Assembly (NCBI GenBank): GCA_951406725.2
Contig: OX597814.1
Location: 52,452,001-52,516,000 of the forward strand
Length of the DNA: 64,000 nucleotides
From: Octopus vulgaris
Lineage: Eukaryota
Reading direction: 5' to 3'
Positions 1 to 11,525 of the stretch are shown one piece after another (positions within the stretch are counted from its first letter, which is position 1; each line of letters opens with the position of its first letter). The notes beneath the pieces were generated by a model. The model searched no databases. It had not been told where the DNA came from and saw only the letters and a list, made by a program, of their open reading frames with translations. The position numbers and the translations under genes are program-made.

Positions 1-1962
1 GAGATGGAAGCAAACTTTTTTATACATTTCAGTCAATCAAATTTCAGAAATAGAGAGCTTGTTCATTTTTCAGTGATACTGGTAGTTCCATTTCAAGAAG
101 ACATCTTTTTATCATGTAAAGAAATGCAAGAAACACATTGACTTGTACATATAAGTATATATATCAGAGATGTACCCTCAGTGTAGGCAAGGTAGACAGA
201 ACCTATCCTGAATAAAACTATAAATTTTGATTAAATATAAATGTACATGATTTTTAATTTATTATAAAATGCTAATAAATGCATAATCTAGTAAATGACA
301 ATTTTGATGTTAGGCACAATCTTCTGTGCTTTCCAACCTAACATATACACCAACATATGATATTAAACCTATGAACCATGAGTGACACTTTATCATAAAG
401 GCAGCCCTGATTGAGCAGTCATAGACCAATGGAGTTGTAGTCGAGACCATCCCTTACTTTTGTATATTTAATATTGCATTATACAATTGTCATTTCCTTT
501 CCAAGATGGGGGTGGATGACATGAAGGAATGTGGTTACTATTTCTAGCTACATATGATATGGTATTGTATGTATGTGAGTGCATGTATGTACACACACAC
601 ATACAAATGTATGCGTACGCATGCATGTATGTCATTATTCAGTTTATTTCAAGATTTCTTGCCAATAGAGAAAGAATTAATTAATACAATTTTGTCCAGA
701 AATCATGTTTCCAAAATTTCAATTTTCCTCCATTCTCACTGCAATTTCTTAATTTGTAACCTTTTGATTTTTTTTTTGTTATCTACGTAGAAAAATACAG
801 AGATTATGAATCTGGGAAATACATATAATTTTTATAGTTTAATTTTACATGTAATTTTTATAGTTTAATTTTTCTTAAAGAAACACTCAATGCCCCTTCC
901 TCCAACTCACCCACCCATCACCTACTCACTTTCACTTTTATCTGATGCTTCCTGCATGCATAGAATTCTACTGAAATAGCAAACTTACAAAATACCAGAC
1001 CACCACCAGAAAACCTGACATGATAGAAACAACAGTTAAACGACATCATTTCTGAAGAAACTTCTCCGCTTTCCAAAAAGCTAAAAGTGAAACATTGGAA
1101 GTGTGTAACTTTTTGAAAGTGGTGAGGTGATGGGTAAAATTCTTAAAGATTCATACTCTGTTTTTTCTCCAAGGATTACCAAGAAAAAAAATTTGAAAAA
1201 AGCAAAAAATGAATTTGGTATAGAGAGGGAGAAAATTTAAATGTTGAGAACATGTTTTGTGGGTGAAATCCTAATGTCCTGTATCGCAAACATAGGAATC
1301 CGAAGAAATTTAGGAAATAAATAAGGAGCAAAAATGTCGCCTCGGACATACTAGAAAGAAGAGGTAAAGGACAGGATTTCTGAGAAAACTTTCTTTAAAG
1401 TTTATATTGAAGATCAGGTTTTTAAATACACTCATCACAAACAAATTACACAATAGAAAAAGATTATTTCAATTAAATGTAAGCTTTAAATCTGTGCATG
1501 CACACTGCAAGAAATGACATAATTCACACAGAAGTTTTACCTAGAGCGTGTGTATGTGTGTGTGTCATAGGAAGTTATTTTATGGCATTCTTTTGTTTGA
1601 GGAAGCAAAGTTATCAACTTGACATATGTGGGATCATATGATTGTTCGTTAATTTCTGTAGAATTCTTTTAATTTCCTTATGCTTTGAAAAGAGCAGAAA
1701 TTGAAAGAGAGGATAAAATGAAAAAGCGACATTTGCTTTGAAGTGAAAGGAGAAAGTGAAAGATGTACATGTATATGAAATGGACATGTGTGTGTGTGTG
1801 TGAGTGTGTGTATCAGAGAGAGAGAGAGAGAGAGTGAATGAGTGAAAGTGTGTGTTGTGATGTATGAATTTTTTTGCATGTATGTGTCACCACTCTTTCT
1901 CTCTCTCACAGTCACATACACACACACATACACATTATCTTTCATGTACACATACATAAATG

Positions 1963-2047
1963 GGCGGAGGTAAAGAATATGTACACCACCCATTTTTGAC
2001 GTAGCCCTAACCCTAAACATTGGGTGTGCATATTCTTTACCTTCACC
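1963..2047. mobile_element. 85-bp palindromic MITE, Merlin-like
   Basis: Terminal inverted repeats ggcggaggtaaagaatatgtacacc / gggtgtgcatattctttaccttcacc; (CCCTAA)2 in the loop; degenerate 8-bp flanks cataaatg/cagaaata; termini resemble the element at 29240. Confidence 0.6.
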
Positions 2048-2139
2048 CAGAAATACATATGCATACATCTTTTTTGTGTGTGAGAGAGTGAAAGAGAGAG
2101 AGTGACTGTATTTCCTCATAATATATAGAGAAATGGATG

Positions 2140-3324
2140 TCTTTTAATGCAATTTTTTTGGTTATGACTTATTTTAATACAATATTTATGAGTACATTTA
2201 CATAAATGTTTGTCCGAGTAGAATTCTACGCATGAGTTAAACATCAGACGAAAGTGAAACATTAGAAGCAAATTGAAATATTGTCCAAAAATGACCTTAA
2301 AATTGTGCAACCAGCATAGTTGCTGAGGTTATTTTAGTTGAAAAAAAGAGTTGTTGAGTGAAAACATAATTTATTTGGTAGATAGATAATAAGCAGCGGC
2401 AATGTTTCGTTATAACTCTCAAAGTTGTCAATGAACTGGCATCCGGATCAGCTGTTTTATTCATTAATTTCTGTAAAAATTTTTTATTTATTTGCTTTTG
2501 TTTTAAAGTGAAAGAGAGGAGAAAGTGAAAAATGTATGTGTATATGAAATGGATGTGTGTGTGTGAGTATGTGTTTGAGAGAGAGAGAGAGAGAGAGAGA
2601 GTGAGTGCCACTTACACATACATGAGAACACACACGTTCACTCACTCTCTCTCTCACATAAATATACAAAAAAGATGTATGCATATGTATTGATGTATAT
2701 ACATATAGATGACAACTCACCCCTTCAGTCACTCTCTCTCTCTCTCTTTCTCCCTTCCTCTCTCTCTCTCTTTCACACAAACACACACACACTCATTTTA
2801 TATACACATACATCTTTCATTTTCTCTTCTCTTTCACTTTAAAACAAAAGTAAATAAATAAAAAAATTTCTACAGAAATTATCGAATGCAAATGACAGCT
2901 CTGCAAGTCAAAATGAAAGATTGCCTAAGCAACTTTCTTTATTATAATACAGATGTGACTAATTCGGAGGAACATTACTTTCATTATTCACACATGGTCT
3001 GTCTCATAATCGAACATTGTAATTTTGGTTGAAATTGAAAGTGTGAAACTATTTTCACTTTGTAATGAAACCTAGTCATTGTAACTTTCAATATCAGTGC
3101 GTTTCATTGTTGGTTGGTAGTAAAAGATATCATTTACGATAGGTGACTACAAGAAAAATGATAATGTTAAATTTTTGTAAAGCAAATAAGTGAATGAAAA
3201 TATAGTTTAGTGGGTAGCCAAAAGCTTACTGAATCTCTTGATACCCCATACATCAAAAACGGCAACTCAGTTTTGGAATGCATAAGGAACATACACACAC
3301 ATATAAACTCTCTTTTATATATAT

Positions 3325-3325
<1 letters not shown>
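2140..3325 (-). mobile_element. Non-autonomous Helitron-like element containing a microsatellite-rich palindrome
   Basis: Right end (...catacacacacatataaactctcttttatatatata) resembles the Helitron 5' end at ~32740. Internal ~430-bp palindrome at 2460-2890. Boundaries approximate. Confidence 0.4.
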
Positions 3326-3356
<31 letters not shown>

Positions 3357-3363
<7 letters not shown>

Positions 3364-3646
3364 ATCACGTGACCGACCAGACCATCAGATGTTGTTACAC
3401 ATCGCTGGTCACAATGCGTTCGCATTGTTTTAGCCTTTGAATGACGCCACCCCGCTGGCTAAGCGAGCAGGCCAACAGAAGAAAGAGTGGGAGAAAGAGT
3501 GGTGAAAGAGTACAGCAGGGATCACCACCCCCTGCCGGAGTCTTGTGGAGCTTTTAGGTGTTTTCGCTCAATAAACACACACAACGCCCGGTCTGAGAAT
3601 CGAAACCGCGATCCTCCGACCGCAAGTCCGCTGCCATTGCGCCTCC

Positions 3647-3647
<1 letters not shown>
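3357..3647 (-). mobile_element. tRNA-derived SINE inserted in a (TA)n tract
   Basis: Minus strand begins ggaggcgcaatggcagcgg...ggtttcgattctcagacc (A/B-box-like). GC-rich island flanked by (TA)n on both sides. Confidence 0.7.
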
Positions 3648-4017
<370 letters not shown>

Positions 4018-4095
4018 GGTCCCGGGTTGATTCGGGGTTAACCACAGTAAATAAGGTACTCAGTTCTAGTCCTGTAGAAGCTCCTTCTATATAAT

Positions 4096-4138
<43 letters not shown>

Positions 4139-4477
4139 AGTCATGATCACCCTTACAGAAAAACTTCAACTCGAGTCCAATTTACATAGATCAAAACTAC
4201 TTTTTAAGTGAGGTTGTTTGTATGGAGAAGATCAAATGAAAATTCAAATTTCAAACCTCTTTATGATGATTAGTAGAAAACCTAGATAAACTCTGATCTT
4301 TCATATATACACACAAATACAAATAGAATACAGTCAGGGGCATGCACGTGTGCACATACACACACACACACACACACTTGCATGCACAAATATTTAACAT
4401 GACAACCTGTATCAATGTACAAAGAGATATATGAATTATGTAATTAAATGTGATAGAAAAGTTGAAATACAATTTAC

Positions 4478-4572
4478 CAGTCGACAGTACTGACATCCAT
4501 TGTCTTTGGGTTAAGAGCATGCTTCTTCCAATTTGTTATATCGAAACTTTTATTCTTCACAGATTCATATAT
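4478..4572 (-). CDS. QNG1: Queuosine salvage protein (QNG1/C9orf64, DUF2419-like), coding exon 2
   Basis: tctatttag|ATATAT...GACTG|gtaaat. Translates IYESVKNKSFDITNWKKHALNPKTMDVSTVDW, matching the recalled human C9orf64 segment WKALHELNPRAADEAAVNW. Phase-0 join to exon 1, ends in phase 2. Confidence 0.85.
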
Positions 4573-4782
4573 CTAAATAGACAGTGCATGGAAATAATAA
4601 TTCAGTTAACTGACAAAGAATGACTCCTGCTTATATTAAAAAAAAAAAAACACAAAAAAGAGACAGGTTATTTCTAATTAAATAGAAGTGAATTTTGTAC
4701 AGTAGTTTATTATGCAGATTTTCTTATATTATTCTCAGCAATATGTGCCCCTTTTTAGATATTTGCATGGACTGATACTTCA

Positions 4783-5049
4783 ATATTAAATTTTTATGGA
4801 AATCACAGAAAGAAGGCACTGACTTAAGGAATGATATTGGACCTTGGTGCATCAACAGTCATGATTCTATTCACTCATAACACAATGTCCAATTCATATT
4901 TAAATCCAAACATAGATTCTGTTGAAAGTATGTTCAAGATATAAATATTGTAACCAGTTTAAAAATGTTATTTATAAGAAAAATAACAGTCCTGCCATCA
5001 TTCCTTAAGTCAGTACCTTCTTTCTGTGATTTCCATAAAAATTTAATAT
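4783..5049. repeat. Inverted repeat, ~53-bp arms, ~160-bp spacer
   Basis: 4783-4835 atattaaatttttatggaaatcacagaaagaaggcactgacttaaggaatgat is the reverse complement of 4997-5049 with one mismatch. Confidence 0.9.
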
Positions 5050-6702
5050 ACCCATTCCTCTAGTGAAACCCAGTGACCTCACAATGCCTCTATAACAGTG
5101 TTATTACTGGAGTTAAGAACCACTGTTTAAGACTGATTTAGTCATTCATCTACCTGGATTGATGTGCTATACATGAGGTCATTGAAAAAAGAAGCGTGAT
5201 TCAGGTGCAGCATGATAGACTACATAGATGTTTACTGTATTGGTTTGGTGGCTCACAACTTTGAGTTCAAGCTTCTATAAGTACCAGTCCAACAGAACTA
5301 AATGATTTAAATGAAAATTAAGAGGAAAACAATGATTGTACATTTAACATAGCAACTAATAGCATCTAAGTAACATAAAACAATCTCTAAAGGAATACTT
5401 TATTTACTAAATCTGTGACAGGTCTAAAAAAATGACACTTCAAAACCAAAGTGTATTCTCTTTTAGCTTGCTACTTAAAAAGCAATCAGCTAGAAATATA
5501 TCCCTGCTGCTTTAATCCATATGACTAATGAGAAAAAAAAACAACTCAGATAATAGCCTACAAAAAAAAGGCACTAAAAAGGGGAGGAGAATATAAAAAT
5601 GTATAAGCACTAAATAAGCTTAATGCACACACACACACACTCACAGCGCGCGCGCGCACACACACACACACTCACAGTGCACGCACACGCACACACACAT
5701 GCACGCATGCATATACAAAAACACACAGACATTGTGTTTTTCGTAAAAATATATATAATACTCTATTTTCTTCAATCTATCCAACTGAAAAATAAGGAGC
5801 ATTGCCACTTAATAACTGATTGCTTATTTGTAAAAATTCTTGCTTAATGTAGTAAGGCCAAGAAAATGTTTAACTGATTAAAACTACACCTGTAGTAAAA
5901 ATTATAAAAAAAACATTCACAAAATAAATCACCAGCAGAAACAGCCACAACAACCACATCTTAAGGCAATTTTCCAGTTAAAGCAGAAGTTAGACTTGTG
6001 GTCTCTATAACAATCTATTCCATTTTGTTCTATCCTTTACATTCACCCTCAACAACACCTCTTTCTTTATTTTCTCTTCCATTACTTTTAGCTATCTTTT
6101 TCTCAGTTTCCCCCTTCTTCTACTTCCTTCCACATTCATTTCCATCACTGCTCTTAGTTACTTTCATCCTTACTTGGTACATGACCCAACCATCTCCTTC
6201 CCTTTCTTTCCACAACATCTTTTACTGGTTCTATTCTTATCAAATGAATATTGAATGAAGGCTTCAGTGGAGAGCAAGTCTGGTGATAGTACTAGATATA
6301 TGTTTATCTTTACATCTCAGTGAATTATGGCATATTCCAGTGCTAATTGTCTGAACCTAAGATGATACAGACATAGAGTTTGAGTGAATAAACTCAGACA
6401 TGATAACTGAAAAAATAACTTGAGAGAAATTACATTTGTATGAAAAGTAAATAGTTACATCCATGCCAGACAGTATTGTGAACCAAAAATATTTAATTCA
6501 TTAAAATTACAACCATATTGAGAAGAAAAAGATTAAGATCAAACAAACACACAGCTGTTTGTCAACCCTACTGCTATTATTAGATTTAGTCTCATACTAC
6601 AAGAACTTATCCACTGCATTAAATAAGGTTTTTTATGTTGTATGATTAAACTGCTTACAAAACAAATGATTAAAAAAAAAACAGGAACATCTTTGGACTT
6701 AC

Positions 6703-6807
6703 CAAATTAGCAACTTTTGCCACACCTTCAGAGCATATTGTTACATCTTTACTTGTTTCTGCTATATACTGGCTGGAAGCTTTGGGTGATAAGATGCTTT
6801 CAGACAT
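6703..6807 (-). CDS. QNG1: Queuosine salvage protein (QNG1/C9orf64-like), first coding exon
   Basis: Acceptor ttctgttaccag (exon starts 6836), ATG at 6807, donor TTG|gtaagt. MSESILSPKASSQYIAETSKDVTICSEGVAKVANL aligns with the recalled human C9orf64 N-terminus [34 protein letters not shown]. Confidence 0.85.
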
Positions 6808-7154
6808 ATTGACAAATCACTTAGTTAACACTGTTTCTGGTAACAGAAACAAAAGATGAGTTATTACAATACAAAATACAGCAGACATTTAGAACTACAT
6901 CAAACACATTCTAAATCCAATAAATAATTTAGCATTAGGCATTTAATGTTTTAAACTTTTACATTATCATCATCCTCATCATTTAACATCCATGTTCCAT
7001 GCTAGCATGAGTTGGACAGTTTGACATGTTTGTTTTGGCATAGTTTCAACAGCTGGATGCACTTTCTAACACTAACCACCGTACAGAGTGTACTGGCATG
7101 GGTGCTTCTTGTGGCACAATGAAGAATGGCGAATTATACATCTTTAATTAAATG

Positions 7155-8096
7155 TTTTTTTCGGCAAATAAAATTCCAACATATGTTTCTGTTGTATAAG
7201 TGTCTGGGGGTTCTTAATGCAATAGTTCTGTACCTCCAATCAATTTAAATTAAATCAATTATGGTGCAAATTCCAATCCAAAAGCTGACATTCTTATACA
7301 ACTTTTTACAAATTGTTCCCCAGATAGGTTTATGAAGCAAACTGAAATATCTAATACCAAAGTTTGCTTCACTTGTACAGGGAACATCTTGAAAAAAACT
7401 GTATGAGAATGTCAGTCTTTGAATTGGAATTTGTACTGTAGCAAGGATTCAAACCCTGACTGCTAGATTCTCAGTCAGATACCATGAATGAGCCCTCAAA
7501 GTTTCACATAATCAGCATGAGGCTGTGGAATGATATGGTTTTCTCAAATGTTCTAAAATTTAACTTCTTGTCCCCTATTAAAAACTGTTTCCGGTGCTCA
7601 ATCCATTGCATGGTGTTGAAGGTGGCTGACTGATTCATGTGTCTCCTCTCTTGCCAAGCAGACAGTTCTGAACATTTGCACAGACAACTCCAGTTTCTCG
7701 GACAAATCTATTTTGAGCATTCACCCAATGTGTCATAAGAAACCGCTATGGAGATGGCGTAGTTTTTCTCACTATCCTATTTGGCAATTATTGATATTGT
7801 TCATTGTAAATAACCAACACCAAATATCATTATGCCTGGCAAGAAATATCAAGTTATGTGTATGTGACTTTGCTTCAGTAATTATTCTTGCAGCCAACAC
7901 TGACACCCACTTTGGCAATGGCGATGTATACTTTTAAAGTATATCTTCATTGATAACTCAGCTTGAGTAACGAAGCAAACCTGTATGCCAATACTGTGGT
8001 TGATTTAGTATAAATTGAAGTATAGAACTATTGCATCTAAGAACCCTAGAAACTTATGCATCAGAAACAAATATCAGAATTTTATATGCTGAAAAA
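7155..8096. mobile_element. DNA transposon relic with ~90-bp diverged terminal inverted repeats
   Basis: 7155-7250 (ttttttcggcaaataaaattcc...gggttcttaatgcaatagttctgtacc) pairs with 8010-8096 (gtatagaactattgcatctaagaaccc...aattttatatgctgaaaaa). Superfamily not assignable. Confidence 0.65.
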
Positions 8097-8137
8097 TATT
8101 TTGCTCCAATCTTTATCATGAATATATATATATATAT

Positions 8138-8385
8138 CATCATCATCAACATCATCATTTAGCGTCCGCTTTCCATGCTAGCATGGGTTGGACGGGTCAA
8201 CTGGGGTCTGTGAAGCTGGAAGGCTTCGTCAAGCCCAGTCAGATCTGGCAGTGTTTCTACGGCTGGATGCCCTTCCTAACGCCAACCACTCCGCGAGTGT
8301 AGTGGGTGTTTTTTACGTGCCACCTGCACAGGTGCCAGACAGAGCTGGCAAACGGCCACGAACGGATGGTGCTTTTACGTGTATA
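8138..8385 (-). mobile_element. SINE tail segment (catcatttagcgtccgctttccatgctagcatggg family)
   Basis: The same motif recurs at ~6965, ~33700 and ~56060, and inverted at ~30590 and ~58760. Confidence 0.75.
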
Positions 8386-8394
8386 TATATATAT

Positions 8395-8600
8395 AGTTAA
8401 TCCAAACATGAAAACACAACAACGTGAGGACGTGGAACAAGTATAGTGTTATTGGACGCTCAGGAAAGAAAGAAAGAAGGAGAGTTTAACATTTTGAGTG
8501 GAGCTCTTCGTCAGAAACATAGGAGAAGGAAAGATCCAAAGAAGGGAAGACGGAGGAAAAAAAAATCGCCAACGGTACACACGCGGTCACATTTTGAATA
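8395..8600 (-). mobile_element. Short Penelope-terminal-repeat/retrozyme-like element with a decayed hammerhead core
   Basis: Minus strand 8485-8520 reads CTGACGA-AGAG-CTCCA-CTC-AAAA-TGTTA, i.e. CUGANGA...stem II...GAAA with the G lost. Confidence 0.45.
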
Positions 8601-8616
8601 TATATATATGTACATA

Positions 8617-8980
8617 CAGGGGTTGGACAAAATAATGGAAACACCTAGCATCATAATTTTGAAATATTTATAAACCCATCAAAAGCTTGTTTATTTTTAT
8701 GTTTTTTTGATTTATTATTAGTGTTGCTTAATATGTTTTGCTAAAATTGCTGTTCTTTTCATCAGAAAAAAGTAATTAAATTTCATTAAAATGACAGATC
8801 TATCGGACTTTCAAAGAGGTCAAATTGTTGGTGCTTGTATGGCAAGTGCCAATATAATGAAAACAGCCAAAATGTTTGGTGTATCAAGAACTACTGTCTC
8901 AAAAGTAATGACAGCTTTGAGAAAGAGGGAAAAACTTCTTTGTCAAAACAAAACTCCAGAAAAACCAAAACTTTCAGATA
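8617..8980 (+). mobile_element. Tc1-like transposon, left end and transposase N-terminus
   Basis: TA|caggggttggacaaaataatggaaacacct terminal repeat. ORF at 8791 MTDLSDFQRGQIVG...AKMFGVSRTTVSKV is a Tc1 paired-like HTH. Confidence 0.85.
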
Positions 8981-9620
8981 GGGGAAGTGTATGGAGAGGA
9001 CTGTATGAGCCGCACATAAATGTACAAGTAGTTCAAACGTTTCCAAGATGGCCAAAAAATGTCAATATTGGCGAACGTTTTGGGAGACCAGCAACCAGCA
9101 GAACTGAGAAAAGCATCGTAGACGTGTGCAGCTGTGAGGCGAAATTGTCAAATCATCATCCATGAGTTGTCAGAGGATGTACAGATTAGTTATGGTTCAG
9201 TTCAGTCCATTATCACTGAAGATTTGGGTATGAGATGCGTGTCTGCCAAGTTTGTGCCAAAACTGCTTTCAGCTGACCAAAGACATTTGGACTTCAGTTG
9301 CACAAGATCTTGAGTGTATTGAGAACGATGAAATCTTTTTGAAAACTTTACGTAGGCCTCTGTGCAGGTATTGCTAAGCTTTTAGCAAAATTTGATGTAG
9401 ATTCTCTGCTCAACCTTCCCCGTCATGGTCAATGTGACAATCACATGCTACACACCTTCCTTCCAAGCACTGCTTTAAACAGTGGAAGTGAGCTAGAACG
9501 TTAAAACTTATTGCATATGCATAGCCGAATACAAGGTAAATCTGTGCCGAGCGGCTTTACTCTGCGTGCTTCAGCTTCGTTACTGTAGCAACAGTCCGGA
9601 TACTTATTGGTCAACCCTCG
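8981..9620 (+). mobile_element. Mariner-like internally deleted fragment with right terminal repeat
   Basis: VYGEDCMS..., GRPATS and LGMRCVSAKFVPKLLS mariner motifs; ends ccggatacttattggtcaaccctcg|TA. Confidence 0.8.
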
Positions 9621-11329
9621 TATGTGTGTGTGTGTAAGGAATGGATCTAAATGATAAAACTTCATCAAACGTTACAAACGAAGAAAGGTAAAAAAAAAAA
9701 CTAAATCAGGAGGATTATCGCAGTTTAAAAACCTTTAAAATGTTTACGAAGACCTGAGATTTTATTGGTTCTCTATATGTTTAAAGAAACACTTACAGGT
9801 CTGGGTGTGGAAAATATAAATGTACAAAAGTGGGCACTAACATACTTAATGCACTGGGCTAAAATATGTTAATTAAACTATCCCGGTAGTGAGAACTAAT
9901 AATTATCTTATTCAACAAATCTAGTCAACGAAAACAATGCGACATGTCTCGCCTCCCATTTCTGGATTAATGATAATCAACCTTGGCATAATTCAAAGGG
10001 AAATAACTAAATACAGTTTATCTGGCACACTTCCAATCCTTTACTTGTTAAGACTGATAACAAGCTTTCAGACATTGACCTTTGTAGTGATGTTGCAGCT
10101 TCTTTATAAGAGACATAATGTTAGTGACAATAATACAATTTTATTGTTGCTGGTAGCAATGATGCTACTTAGTACTTTAGATGATCTTTAACTCCAGGTG
10201 AATCTTGATTGAACAAATCTTATAATCAAAGCCAGTTCAGCCATAACCATCTCATCGTTTTAGGGGTGTCTATGACTATACATTATCCAATGTGTCCCTT
10301 ATTTGTAGGCCGTGTTGATACTGACATGACAATAGTGGCTTCGGTGGAAGTAGTAACATTAGTCAATGCCAAAGTAATGACCTTTTGTGAATGTAACCAT
10401 TCTAATATGAATATATAGCTAGGATTACTATTAACACGGCGATTTTTTTTTTTTTTTTTTTTAGTACATATTCTCCGGGAGTGATAATGAAAGCAAAACC
10501 ATTCGGGAAAATACATTAAAAGAAAATGACATGAACAATCTGCAAACGGCGAATCTTTGAATTTCAGTTAACAAAATCGTAATATGCAAATAAATAAGAG
10601 GAATCAAGCGTAAGGGCATGTACTGCAAGAATGGCCTAAAATAGCCATTGGCTTAGAAATATTTAGTACTTTAATACAAAACAATTAGTGTCAGACAATG
10701 TTGTGTAACAGGATGAGAGGTCCCCGCACTGGACCTCTCATCCTGTAATTGAACCCTGATAATCTGGTTTCGTTTTGCTTAGAATGGCTTAAAAATATAG
10801 ATTTAAAAAGTATTTATCTCTCGAGTTAGAAAAAGGTATAGTCTTTAACTAAATTAAGTATGATTTTGAATGCAATTATGAAGGGGCAAAAATAACAGAG
10901 GGTCAGAAACACTATTGAATATTTAGCTTAACTAATTAAAGTTTAAATAACGGTATTTTTGACACTTACTTTTCGTTCTGTGAATTATATGTGAAGAAAT
11001 TTGGTTTGTGAGTAGGTATGAACGAAAAATATGTATAAAGATAGCAGATTAAAATATTTTGTAGAAACTAATTATTTGCATTAAGTTATTTATCTTTGTT
11101 TCAAAAGTTCAAGGAACATAAAGGGAAGGAATGTATCTCGTCTCTAGCTATACTTTGATACTCAATATTGTAAATAGTTTTATGTAATAACTTAAATGTT
11201 TATTTTCTTTTTAATTTGATGAGGAAATTCTGTTAACTAAATATTTCTAAATTAATTATAAACAGATAAATATAGCAATAAATAAAAAAAATTACATGTA
11301 TATAAATAATAATTCCAAAGCTGTGGAAA

Positions 11330-11525
11330 TGTATTTCCGGTACCCGGTTTCATAACGGTTTCGTTCACCGGAAGTTTTTCGTCTGTGTCCTGCAAGTGTA
11401 TTTATGATTCTGTAGTTTCAGTTTTATGCCGTGTGGAAAAAGAAAAATTCTATATTTGTAGTTCTTATTAACGAACATACACCTCTCTCTCTCTCTAATA
11501 GCGGTGCGCTAAAAATCGCGAGTTC
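11330..11525. promoter_or_regulatory. Candidate bidirectional housekeeping promoter
   Basis: Local CpG cluster with ETS-type sites on both strands (ttccgg 11335-11340, ccggaagt 11368-11375) and tcgcga at 11516. Lies between the divergent QNG1 and TECR. Confidence 0.45.
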
